From a virus, in the IMG/VR virus record IMGVR_UViG_3300002460_000014, positions 1-37,413 of that record: a stretch of DNA of 37,413 nucleotides. One strand, written 5' to 3'. Under the pieces are notes generated by a model. The model worked only from the letters and a program-made list of their open reading frames with translations. It was not told the origin of the DNA and did not search any database. A program made the translations under genes and the position numbers. Below, one piece after another: positions 22,141 through 30,356 of the stretch. How positions within the stretch are numbered: position 1 is the first letter of the stretch; the number at the start of each line of letters is the position of its first letter.

Positions 22141-22764
22141 ATGAATGGACGATTTACAAAGGGACAAATCCCTTGGAACAAAGACAAAAAACGCCCAGAG
22201 ATGAGCGGTGAGAAACATCCTATGTTTGGCAAGAATCAAACCGAAGAATCCAAGCAGAAGGTTCGGGATACTCTAAAAAAGAAATATCCCAACGGCAGGA
22301 AAGTTTGGAATAAAGATATTCCTTGTTCTGAATCTACTAAAAAGAAAATAAGCGACAGCAAGAAGGGCAAGCCAAGTAATTCACCGACAAAGTTTAAGAA
22401 GGGGCATATTCCATTACACAAAGGAAAATCTGCTTATTGGGCGATTGGTGAAAAGAATAATAATTGGAAAGGCGGAATAACCAAGACAAACTATAATCCG
22501 AATCTCATAGCAAAAAACTCTATTGAATATAGATTGTGGCGTGAAGCCGTATTTTCAAGAGATAATTGGATTTGTCAGAAGTGTAAAGTTCAAGGAGGAT
22601 ATTTACATCCTCATCATATCAGGAACTTTGCAGAAGTTATTTTACTAAGATTCGCCATTGATAATGGGATTACATTTTGCCGAAAATGTCATAGAAAATT
22701 TCACCACAGATTCGGAGTTAAAAATAATAATCAAGAACAGATAAATAAATTTATCGCAAGTTGA
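22141..22764 (+). CDS. HNH homing-type endonuclease with NUMOD-like N-terminal repeats
   Basis: GEKHPMFGKNQTEESKQK, PWNKD, then NSIEYRLWREAVFSRDNWICQKC...PHHIRNF...IDNGITFCRKCH. Confidence 0.85.
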   Translation: MNGRFTKGQIPWNKDKKRPEMSGEKHPMFGKNQTEESKQKVRDTLKKKYPNGRKVWNKDIPCSESTKKKISDSKKGKPSNSPTKFKKGHIPLHKGKSAYWAIGEKNNNWKGGITKTNYNPNLIAKNSIEYRLWREAVFSRDNWICQKCKVQGGYLHPHHIRNFAEVILLRFAIDNGITFCRKCHRKFHHRFGVKNNNQEQINKFIAS

Positions 22765-22939
22765 CTGGTATTAAAAAGGGGGAAGAAAGAACAGCAAACA
22801 TACGAATACAATCGGAACTTCAACGCTTTCGGGAGTCAATAGGATTAAACTGTTTAGTTCAACTTTTCAGGAAATCCTAAAGAAATCCCTTATAGCGGAA
22901 GCAATCTGTCAGGTTGACCGTAGTGATTCCAAATATATT

Positions 22940-23674
22940 GTGAATCCTTATGGCGGTGAACCGACAGCGGTAGTTCAGGCAGTCGTAGGTACTTACTCCG
23001 TTAGCGCCTTCTCAACGACTGATGACAACTTGACCGTAACAGATGAGGTAGTTTACGGAGAACACGTTTTTGGATTTGAAAAAGTATTTTCAAGATTTGA
23101 TTTAGCGGCCGCGAGATTTGAGCAAATGGCCTACGCGGTGAGATACGCTTTAGACAAATGGGTTGTTAATACCCTTTTGGAAGAAGGCACCGGCGCTTAC
23201 ACAACGCCAGTGGGTGGATTTACTACAGCCGGCAACTTAAACACCATAATCGCCAATCTTTGGACGAAGTGGGCGGGTTTTGATATTACCGCTGGCGCTT
23301 ACTGTGTTATTGAAAGCGGCGACTTAACGGGTGTCTTGGTAGCTATGATGGATCAAGGGTTCTCAATGGCCGACGCGGCTTTGAAGAACGGATTTATCAA
23401 GCACTATGGAGGCATTGACTGGTATGTAGTTAGGGCAGGCACTTTCGTAGACGAAGCGGCAACAACTGTTTCGGGTTCTAAAACTTGGACTAACTTAAAC
23501 CGCAGATTAGCTGGAATAAAGATGACAACTACTTACGCTTCTCCTCGCGATTTGACCTATGAAGAAAAAGGCGTATCCGGTAAAACAGGTATGGAAATTG
23601 ACGTTTGGGCGCTTGTAGGTTTGAGAGTGTGGAACAACAAGGCAGCACTTACCGTTGATATTGCATTAGCATAG
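22940..23674 (+). CDS. major capsid protein (start unresolved; the frame is open back to 22775)
   Basis: Follows the scaffold-like gene. The ORF-track GTG start has no SD, and 55 further sense codons lie upstream without any ATG, GTG or TTG. Confidence 0.6.
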   Translation: MNPYGGEPTAVVQAVVGTYSVSAFSTTDDNLTVTDEVVYGEHVFGFEKVFSRFDLAAARFEQMAYAVRYALDKWVVNTLLEEGTGAYTTPVGGFTTAGNLNTIIANLWTKWAGFDITAGAYCVIESGDLTGVLVAMMDQGFSMADAALKNGFIKHYGGIDWYVVRAGTFVDEAATTVSGSKTWTNLNRRLAGIKMTTTYASPRDLTYEEKGVSGKTGMEIDVWALVGLRVWNNKAALTVDIALA

Positions 23675-23807
23675 TTTCAGCACTTTACTAACCCCTTTTT
23701 GGGGGGTTCCAGCGTGAAATGAGTAAGGGGTTAATCTGCCGATTCTCTCCAAAAAGTTTCACCTTGGACTCCCTCAAAAAGGACTAACTAAAAAATAAAC
23801 AAATAAA

Positions 23808-24266
23808 ATGGAAAACAAAGTATTAGACGCCTCCCCAAAGAAAAAAGGATTTCAGATTCCTACTGAACCGGTGGCTCGCAGGAACTTCTATTTGGATTTG
23901 ATGAAGCGCTACCAAGCGTCAAATCCTGTGAAGTTTGAAGATAAACGAGAGGAACTTCAGAAGAAAGCCGATGGATATGTTTACACCTTTGACCCAGTGT
24001 TAAATAGGACAAGGTGGATGCTTGTATATCCTGTAAGCGGTAAACCGGAAACTGTCTTGGGAGCAGTCCCAAAAACAACTTCCGAGCAGGAAGTGGAAGA
24101 AGCGAAGCGAGCAGGCAATGAACTTGAATCACTAAGAAAAAGAGTGGCTGATTTAGAAGATGAAAAAGTAAAAGCGGCAAAAGAAGCCGAAGACGAAGTA
24201 GACGAAGATGAAGAAGACGAAGAACCAAAAGCTAAACCAAAAGGTCGCCCTAAAAAAGTTAAATAA
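23808..24266 (+). CDS. hypothetical virion-module protein with a K/E-rich tail ending in GRPKK
   Basis: 152-aa ORF. Confidence 0.65.
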   Translation: MENKVLDASPKKKGFQIPTEPVARRNFYLDLMKRYQASNPVKFEDKREELQKKADGYVYTFDPVLNRTRWMLVYPVSGKPETVLGAVPKTTSEQEVEEAKRAGNELESLRKRVADLEDEKVKAAKEAEDEVDEDEEDEEPKAKPKGRPKKVK

Positions 24267-24286
24267 CAACCTAACTAAAAAAACAA

Positions 24287-24901
24287 ATGGAAAAGAAAAA
24301 TATAATTTTGTGGGTAGCAATAGGATTGTTGGTTGCCGGTTTTGTTTGGTTGGCTGTTTGGGGCGATAAGACCACTGTTGTTGTAAACGAGAAAGGACAG
24401 GTTATAGAAACACTTGGAGGTGTAGCCAATATCAAAAACGTCGGCAGCGAGTTCGGAATGAACGGACTCCAAACGATTGTTCAATCGGGAGATTTCATAA
24501 ACTCCACGACAACTATTGTTTCAATTCTAAATCCGTTCCCAGCGACTTCAACAGTTAGCTTTATTGGATTGTTCAATAGTGGTGTAGCGACTACAAGCTA
24601 CAATATAAACTGTGGCAATACCAAAACAGCTTCCGCACCGAATGTTTCCAGTAATCCTGGAGTATTAGCTTTACAGACCGTAAACATAGCTACTTCTTCA
24701 ATCTTTTCTCAAGAACTTCGTATGGCTTCAAGTTCTCCAACCTACATAGCTCCGAGCGGATACTTGCTATGTGTTGCTCACGGCGCCGCGTCAAATGACG
24801 CGATAGATGCCGAAAGCAATGCTTGGTACAACGCTTTCACAAATACTAACAACACTTTTGACGGCAGTTTCTGGGTAGAATTCAAGGGATTGATTAAATA
24901 G
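24287..24901 (+). CDS. S/T-rich protein with an N-terminal hydrophobic helix
   Basis: IILWVAIGLLVAGFVWLAVW, then S/T/N-rich sequence. Confidence 0.65.
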   Translation: MEKKNIILWVAIGLLVAGFVWLAVWGDKTTVVVNEKGQVIETLGGVANIKNVGSEFGMNGLQTIVQSGDFINSTTTIVSILNPFPATSTVSFIGLFNSGVATTSYNINCGNTKTASAPNVSSNPGVLALQTVNIATSSIFSQELRMASSSPTYIAPSGYLLCVAHGAASNDAIDAESNAWYNAFTNTNNTFDGSFWVEFKGLIK

Positions 24902-24912
24902 GATTGACACTT

Positions 24913-24941
24913 CTGTTAACCAACTTGTGATTGGTTAACAG
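24913..24941 (+). terminator. 11-bp perfect-stem hairpin (possible attenuator or terminator)
   Basis: ctgttaaccaa-cttgtga-ttggttaacag. A short T-run follows 9 nt downstream. Confidence 0.4.
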
Positions 24942-24981
24942 CAGGAATCAGTTTTATTAAATAACAATTAAAAACAAAAAA

Positions 24982-25476
24982 ATGAAAGAAAAAAGTTTAT
25001 TGTTTCAGTGGGTAGTGCCTTTAATGCTTTTAATTGCTCTTGTCGGACTTATAATCTACGAGCAATCAAAAGATAAAGTATTAGGAGGAGTTGGAAATAA
25101 CTTTAGAATTCCATCGGTGATTACTACTAAGACAATCGCTCCAACTTTAACAGGTGGCATTCTTAACCCTATTGCCTCAAGCACACTTGTTTTAGTTGCT
25201 AACGATAACCGAAGATATGCTCGTTGCACTAACATAACTAATGCAACAGGCAGTGGATCTAATAATGCTATACCAGTGTCTTTTGTGCTTGGCGCTGATA
25301 CTACTCTTGGTTATGGTGCTACCACTACGGGGAACTATGGCATAGTTCTTTCACCCACAGCCTCCACATCCATTCCATTCTCTCCTTATTTTGAAATTGA
25401 CGAAAGAAATCCTTTTAGCGGTCCGGTTTATGCTTCCGCATTGGCAACTACGACTTTAACTTGTATAGAGAATTAA
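24982..25476 (+). CDS. S/T-rich protein with an N-terminal hydrophobic helix (paralogue-like of the 24287 ORF)
   Basis: LLFQWVVPLMLLIALVGLIIY, then LGGVGN..., compared with LGGVAN in the upstream protein. Confidence 0.65.
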   Translation: MKEKSLLFQWVVPLMLLIALVGLIIYEQSKDKVLGGVGNNFRIPSVITTKTIAPTLTGGILNPIASSTLVLVANDNRRYARCTNITNATGSGSNNAIPVSFVLGADTTLGYGATTTGNYGIVLSPTASTSIPFSPYFEIDERNPFSGPVYASALATTTLTCIEN

Positions 25477-25477
25477 A

Positions 25478-25780
25478 ATGGAAGAAACTATCCTAAGTCT
25501 TATATCAGTAATCAGCTGGCCCGGAGCTATCGCTTTAATGGCATTTCTTGCTTATAAATCGGGCGTATTTGGGGCTATATCCAAAAAGTTGGCTAATGGT
25601 AAGTCCTCGCCAGAATCAGACACAAGGATTAAGGATTTGGAAGATTTTAAGTTAGAAGCGGAAAGTAATCACTTTCACCAAATTAATGAGTTAGAAAAAA
25701 ATCTTAACGATTTCAAGTTAGATATGGAAAAAAGATTAACAAGAATAGAAACTCATTTATTCAATGGAACAAAAAAATGA
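25478..25780 (+). CDS. membrane-anchored coiled-coil protein
   Basis: ILSLISVISWPGAIALMAFLAY, then heptad-like helices. Confidence 0.6.
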   Translation: MEETILSLISVISWPGAIALMAFLAYKSGVFGAISKKLANGKSSPESDTRIKDLEDFKLEAESNHFHQINELEKNLNDFKLDMEKRLTRIETHLFNGTKK

Positions 25781-26639
25781 AACAAAAACTTTTCAAGGGC
25801 TCCGCAAACTTCCTGAAGACAGGCGAGATTATGTAGCGGGTTCTATTTTCCGTTCTTACGAGCTTCCTCCTGATATTGATTTTACAGTTTCAAGACCGTT
25901 AGGAATAAAAGAACAAAAAAATAGCAGCATGTGTGTAAGTTTCGCTGTTACGGCCGTAAGTGAAGACCAAGAAGAAGTCCAACTCTCTCCTGAATGGTTT
26001 TACTCTAAAATAAAAGAAATTGAAGGCGACTCGACAACTTGGGGCGCCGACTTAAGAACCGCTATGAAAGCGGCTACCAAGAAAGGATTTATCAAACAAT
26101 TAGATGCTATGTTTTCACTTGATACCAATGGACAGGAGTTTTTAGCTGATTGGAATAACTGGGACAGAGAACTTGACAGCATCGCCCAGATTCACAGGAA
26201 GCAAAGTTATCTGAAAATAACTGGTAAGGGATATACAGACCTCTTTGATGCGATTCGTTCGTTTCTGTGGCAGTTTAAGGCTAAAAATCAAAGCGTGGTA
26301 ACGGGCTTGGAGTGGTGCGATGAGTGGACTAACGCTCAAGGCGGAGTGATAAGAACCAAAGGAACACCCTCTTATGGGCACGCTTTTAAGATATTCGGGC
26401 AAAGAATGGTGGGTGGGACTCCGTATCTTACTTGCCAGCTTTCAAATGGAGACGATATAGGCGATAAAGGAATCTTCTATATGTCTCGCGAAGTGATAAA
26501 TACTTGTGAGCCATTTGGCTGTTTTATGCTTGTAGATTTACCTCGAGCGCATATAGAGTTTCTCTCTTACCATAACTTTTCAATAGATATGAGCTGGCTC
26601 GCGAAAATAGTATTAAAAATAAGAAGTTTTTGGAAATAA
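25764..26639 (+). CDS. papain-like (C1 family-like) cysteine peptidase
   Basis: LPEDRRDYV, then Q-x5-C in EQKNSSMCVSFAVTAV, then YGHAFKIFG (His), then LSNGDDIGDKG. Confidence 0.65.
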   Translation: MEQKNETKTFQGLRKLPEDRRDYVAGSIFRSYELPPDIDFTVSRPLGIKEQKNSSMCVSFAVTAVSEDQEEVQLSPEWFYSKIKEIEGDSTTWGADLRTAMKAATKKGFIKQLDAMFSLDTNGQEFLADWNNWDRELDSIAQIHRKQSYLKITGKGYTDLFDAIRSFLWQFKAKNQSVVTGLEWCDEWTNAQGGVIRTKGTPSYGHAFKIFGQRMVGGTPYLTCQLSNGDDIGDKGIFYMSREVINTCEPFGCFMLVDLPRAHIEFLSYHNFSIDMSWLAKIVLKIRSFWK

Positions 26640-26640
26640 A

Positions 26641-27453
26641 ATGGTTTATTCAGATACCGCAACACGATTAGGAATAGTGGAACAAGCCGATTTTAATGTG
26701 TTCGGTTCTTCAAATGCGAATACAGACGAATACCCATTGGCTGATAAAGCTCGCCACGCAAACAGATGGTATAGAATCGTAATGGCTTGGATTTTTGAGT
26801 ATGCCGGTAATTGGAGTTTTGACGATTCAAATTATACGAATCTTCCTTTTTCAAGAGGTAACTGCGTATCGGGGCAGAATGATTACACATTTCCAGCTGA
26901 TTATGTGGATATCGAGGGGGTTTCCTATAAAGACGCCAATGGTATTTGGCACAAGTTGATTCCTTTAGATGCTGCCGAAATAGGGGTAGGGGTTATATCT
27001 GGGTCAGTGAGTGGGCAGGTTAGCGGGGTAGGCGCGCAAGACCGAGAGGAATTTCTTAAAGCTGACGGAACGCCTATTTATTATGACAAGTTGGGTAATT
27101 CCTACTGGTTATATCCTGCTCCAAACAGAGATTCATCTGATGGCGATTCACTGCGAGTTTATCACACAAGAGATGCTTCTCTTACAGGTACCACTTCAGG
27201 AACTGCCGGACCATTCATAGCTGCTGATACTACAAAAGAACCCGGATTTAACAGATTATGGCATCCGGTTTTAGCGGCTGGTATGGCTTACGATTTTGCT
27301 TTAGGACACTCGGTATCTCCTGGAATGCAACAGAAAATGATTGATATGTTTGCGGAAACAGAAAAATATCGGCTAATGATTCAGACGCACTATGCTCGTC
27401 GCAAGAAAGACGAACGTCAGAGAATTGTTCCCCGATCTCAGAACAATCGTTGA
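26641..27453 (+). CDS. virion structural protein (possible adaptor or tail-tubular-A-like; weak)
   Basis: 270 aa. Assigned from position in the tail module only. Confidence 0.5.
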   Translation: MVYSDTATRLGIVEQADFNVFGSSNANTDEYPLADKARHANRWYRIVMAWIFEYAGNWSFDDSNYTNLPFSRGNCVSGQNDYTFPADYVDIEGVSYKDANGIWHKLIPLDAAEIGVGVISGSVSGQVSGVGAQDREEFLKADGTPIYYDKLGNSYWLYPAPNRDSSDGDSLRVYHTRDASLTGTTSGTAGPFIAADTTKEPGFNRLWHPVLAAGMAYDFALGHSVSPGMQQKMIDMFAETEKYRLMIQTHYARRKKDERQRIVPRSQNNR

Positions 27454-27477
27454 GTAATTATTATTAATATAAAAAAC

Positions 27478-27678
27478 GTGGCTACTACATATACGAATCC
27501 GACTAAAAATTCAACTTCATATACGAGTCCCGAAAAAAGCGATGTGCTTCTTAAAAGAAGCGTGTTTGATACTGCCGTTTTTGATACGGGGACTTTTGAT
27601 TCACCTCAAAATACTTACGATCCCGTAACCTATCCAACTAAAAATTCAACTTCATATACTTATCCAGCGCAAAGCTAA
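27478..27678 (+). CDS. small S/T-rich protein with an internal PTKNSTSYT repeat (GTG start)
   Basis: A 23-nt repeat, actaaaaattcaacttcatatac, starts at 27500 and again at 27633. The stop overlaps the next ATG. Confidence 0.5.
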   Translation: MATTYTNPTKNSTSYTSPEKSDVLLKRSVFDTAVFDTGTFDSPQNTYDPVTYPTKNSTSYTYPAQS

Positions 27679-28586
27679 TGAGAGAAACCATTAAGTACAT
27701 ATCAACTATATTCCTTGCCTCTTTTTTTATAATAGGGCTTGCCTATGCCTCTTTGCCATCCACAACAAGTCCGGTAGGCCCTGGCGATACGATTACTTCT
27801 AAAAGTTACAATGATATTCTTTACTCTATCGGAGATACAGGAACAACCACCGCTTCCTCTTTGATTTATCTGGTAACAAATACCAACTCAAATAATGTTA
27901 CTTTTTCAGGAAAACTAACAATTTCTTCAGCCACCACCACCAATCACACCATTACCAATCTTTGGACGACAAATCTTTTTCCAACCAATTCAACCACCAC
28001 TTACGCTTTTTCAACAAATGCCACTTCTTCGGCTTTATCGGTAACAGGTGGCGCGCATATTGCTTCGCTTTCTTTAACCAATGCCGTGCCTGCCCTGACT
28101 TTCACTAATGGCACAACAACTAATCCTCTTTTCTTAGCTCGTGGCACTTTTGGACTTACTCAGAATGGCGAGATATTTATAAATACCAATCTTGGTGGCA
28201 CTCTTCAATTTAGAGAAGGTGGAGCAACAAGGGTATTAACCGCTACTTCTTCATTCAGTTTTACAGTGGCTTCTACAACCGCTTCGGAAAACATAACGCT
28301 TAAAAGATTTGACCAAGCCGTAACGATACAAAAAGTTTCTTGTGTCAACGTAGGCGGTTCTTCGCCATCTGTGACTTATAACCTGCCTCACGGGACAGAC
28401 AGAACTTCGGGAGCTGATTTATTTTCTTCAAACCAAGCAATGACCAATACTACTACCGGCACACAGTATTATACCTTTGCTGACGCTACTTTAGCGGCTA
28501 ACGAGGTGATGTGGCTGATAACTTCAGCACAGTCGGGAGCGACCGGTTTCTTTGGATGTTCGGTTTATTATTTTGTTGATAGCTAA
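27678..28586 (+). CDS. S/T-rich fibre-like protein with a signal-peptide-like N-terminus
   Basis: MRETIKYISTIFLASFFIIGLAYAS-LPS. The N-terminus is paralogous to that of the 36254 ORF. Confidence 0.7.
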   Translation: MRETIKYISTIFLASFFIIGLAYASLPSTTSPVGPGDTITSKSYNDILYSIGDTGTTTASSLIYLVTNTNSNNVTFSGKLTISSATTTNHTITNLWTTNLFPTNSTTTYAFSTNATSSALSVTGGAHIASLSLTNAVPALTFTNGTTTNPLFLARGTFGLTQNGEIFINTNLGGTLQFREGGATRVLTATSSFSFTVASTTASENITLKRFDQAVTIQKVSCVNVGGSSPSVTYNLPHGTDRTSGADLFSSNQAMTNTTTGTQYYTFADATLAANEVMWLITSAQSGATGFFGCSVYYFVDS

Positions 28587-28591
28587 AAGAA

Positions 28592-29848
28592 ATGTATAAG
28601 AAAGTTCTTTTAATTTTAATAATTCTCGGAATAGCAGGAATTGGCGGATTTTATTTTAACCAGAAACCTCAACCAAAACTGGGAGCTGTTGATTTAGCTT
28701 TACAGGGTAAGACTGCTAAAGAAAAAGCAAATATAAAAGCTAATCTAATAGCGCAAGAAAATCTGATAGGGACTTACACTGATAACAAATATAACCAAAC
28801 CATAGAAATACGAAGTGTCAATCAGATTGATGGAGGAATTGAAATAATAGCAAGAGCTTGGAAAGGAGTTAATCCTATTGGATTTAGTAAAGATGGCTCC
28901 GTTGAGTGGGAGAGGTTTAGGATATTTAATCCTCCAATAATGGTTGATGACCCAATAGGAACTGTGGTGAGGGTATGGACTGATTCAAATGGAGATACCA
29001 AAACTCGTAAATTACGAGAAGACCCAAAAGAAGCGATTAAACAGGTTTTGGCTCATACGATTAGCGTTTCCGCCAAATCAGGAAATAGAATAATTGCTGG
29101 CAAAACAGGAAATACTACTCTAACAGTTTTTAGCGAAGCGGGAAGTAATAATGCGGGGCAGGATAGTGTTGATGGTATGGCAAGACGAGCCAGTGTTGAT
29201 GAGGTGTGGACAGCTATACAGTCGGGATCAGGTACAAATGTTCAGGATATTTCTGTTTCTGATAATTGCGCTTACTTTGTTTATACGACTACAACAGATC
29301 AATTTGGACAGTTAGGCCGCTCACCATTTCTTTTTGATACATCAAGTATATTAGCTGGTTCTACAATTAACTCTGCGACTTTATCGGTAGACGGAGGGGA
29401 TGTGGCGATCGTAAACAGTGGGGCGGCAAATATAACTATAGGGGTAGCCACTTCAAGTCCAGTTTCAAATTCTGCTTTAACAAATAGTGATTATCAGATA
29501 TTCGCAAATATTGCTAATCAACCGCCATATCGCTGGGGTTCGACACTTCTCTCTACAAGTTCTACTGCTATAGCAAGTTGGAATACGGGGGGTTACAACA
29601 ATTTTGGGCTTACAGCTACTACTGGAATAAACGTAATCCAAGCAGCAAGCACCACAAAACTGGGACTGCGAGAATATACTTATGATATGCGAAATATAGC
29701 CCCTGCTTGGACTTCTGGAGCTCAATCTCTTGTGGGCTGTATGTATGCAGATAACGCAGGAACGACGAGAGACCCTAAGCTTGTGGTTGATTACTCAGAA
29801 GCAGTATCAGGATTTAATTCAAAACGTAAAATAATAATTGTAGAATAA
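28592..29848 (+). CDS. tail-associated protein with an N-terminal hydrophobic helix
   Basis: VLLILIILGIAGIGGFYF. 418 aa. Confidence 0.65.
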   Translation: MYKKVLLILIILGIAGIGGFYFNQKPQPKLGAVDLALQGKTAKEKANIKANLIAQENLIGTYTDNKYNQTIEIRSVNQIDGGIEIIARAWKGVNPIGFSKDGSVEWERFRIFNPPIMVDDPIGTVVRVWTDSNGDTKTRKLREDPKEAIKQVLAHTISVSAKSGNRIIAGKTGNTTLTVFSEAGSNNAGQDSVDGMARRASVDEVWTAIQSGSGTNVQDISVSDNCAYFVYTTTTDQFGQLGRSPFLFDTSSILAGSTINSATLSVDGGDVAIVNSGAANITIGVATSSPVSNSALTNSDYQIFANIANQPPYRWGSTLLSTSSTAIASWNTGGYNNFGLTATTGINVIQAASTTKLGLREYTYDMRNIAPAWTSGAQSLVGCMYADNAGTTRDPKLVVDYSEAVSGFNSKRKIIIVE

Positions 29849-29852
29849 ATTT

Positions 29853-30356
29853 ATGGAAGAAGAATTACAACAAAAAATAGAACAATTAGAACAAAGATTA
29901 GCAATCTTTGAAAGACACGACCACCTTATTGCCGGTGGTGAACCTTTAAGGTTGAAAGATTTACCTTATTATGGGCTTGAATCTATTACCGTGATCGTTC
30001 AAGGAACTTCTGCAGCAACAGATACTAATTATGATACTTTTTTTACGGCAGAATATGACTTGGAAATTGTAGCCGCCTCGGAATCTCATGTCGTGGCGGC
30101 GAATACAGCTACAATACAAGTAGACAAATTGGCCAGTGGAGCTATAAAAACCGGAGGAGTAAATACTTTAACGGCAGCTTTTGACTTAACAACAGCCTCA
30201 GAAACACCGGTGAGATTAGGAGCTACAAGCATTGTTGCTAATAGAACATTAAAACGAGGCGACAGATTGGCGCTAAATAACGGGGGGAGTTTGACAAATT
30301 GTCGCCATGTTAGCGTAACTGTTTATTACTTACCTTTGTATAAAATAAGCAAATGA
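29853..30356 (+). CDS. virion-module protein with an N-terminal coiled coil
   Basis: 167-aa ORF whose stop overlaps the next ATG. Confidence 0.65.
   Translation: MEEELQQKIEQLEQRLAIFERHDHLIAGGEPLRLKDLPYYGLESITVIVQGTSAATDTNYDTFFTAEYDLEIVAASESHVVAANTATIQVDKLASGAIKTGGVNTLTAAFDLTTASETPVRLGATSIVANRTLKRGDRLALNNGGSLTNCRHVSVTVYYLPLYKISK

Noticed and set aside
22761-22790. Programmed -1 frameshift from TTG 22761 into the capsid frame at the A5G5 run
   Set aside because: It would need both a TTG start without an SD and inefficient slippage for the most abundant virion protein. I keep it only as a minor alternative under the capsid-start finding.
23860-24228. 122-aa minus-strand ORF
   Set aside because: It is the shadow frame of the K/E-rich (GAA/AAG repeat) coding region of the 23808 ORF. 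It translates to Leu/Arg/Pro low complexity.
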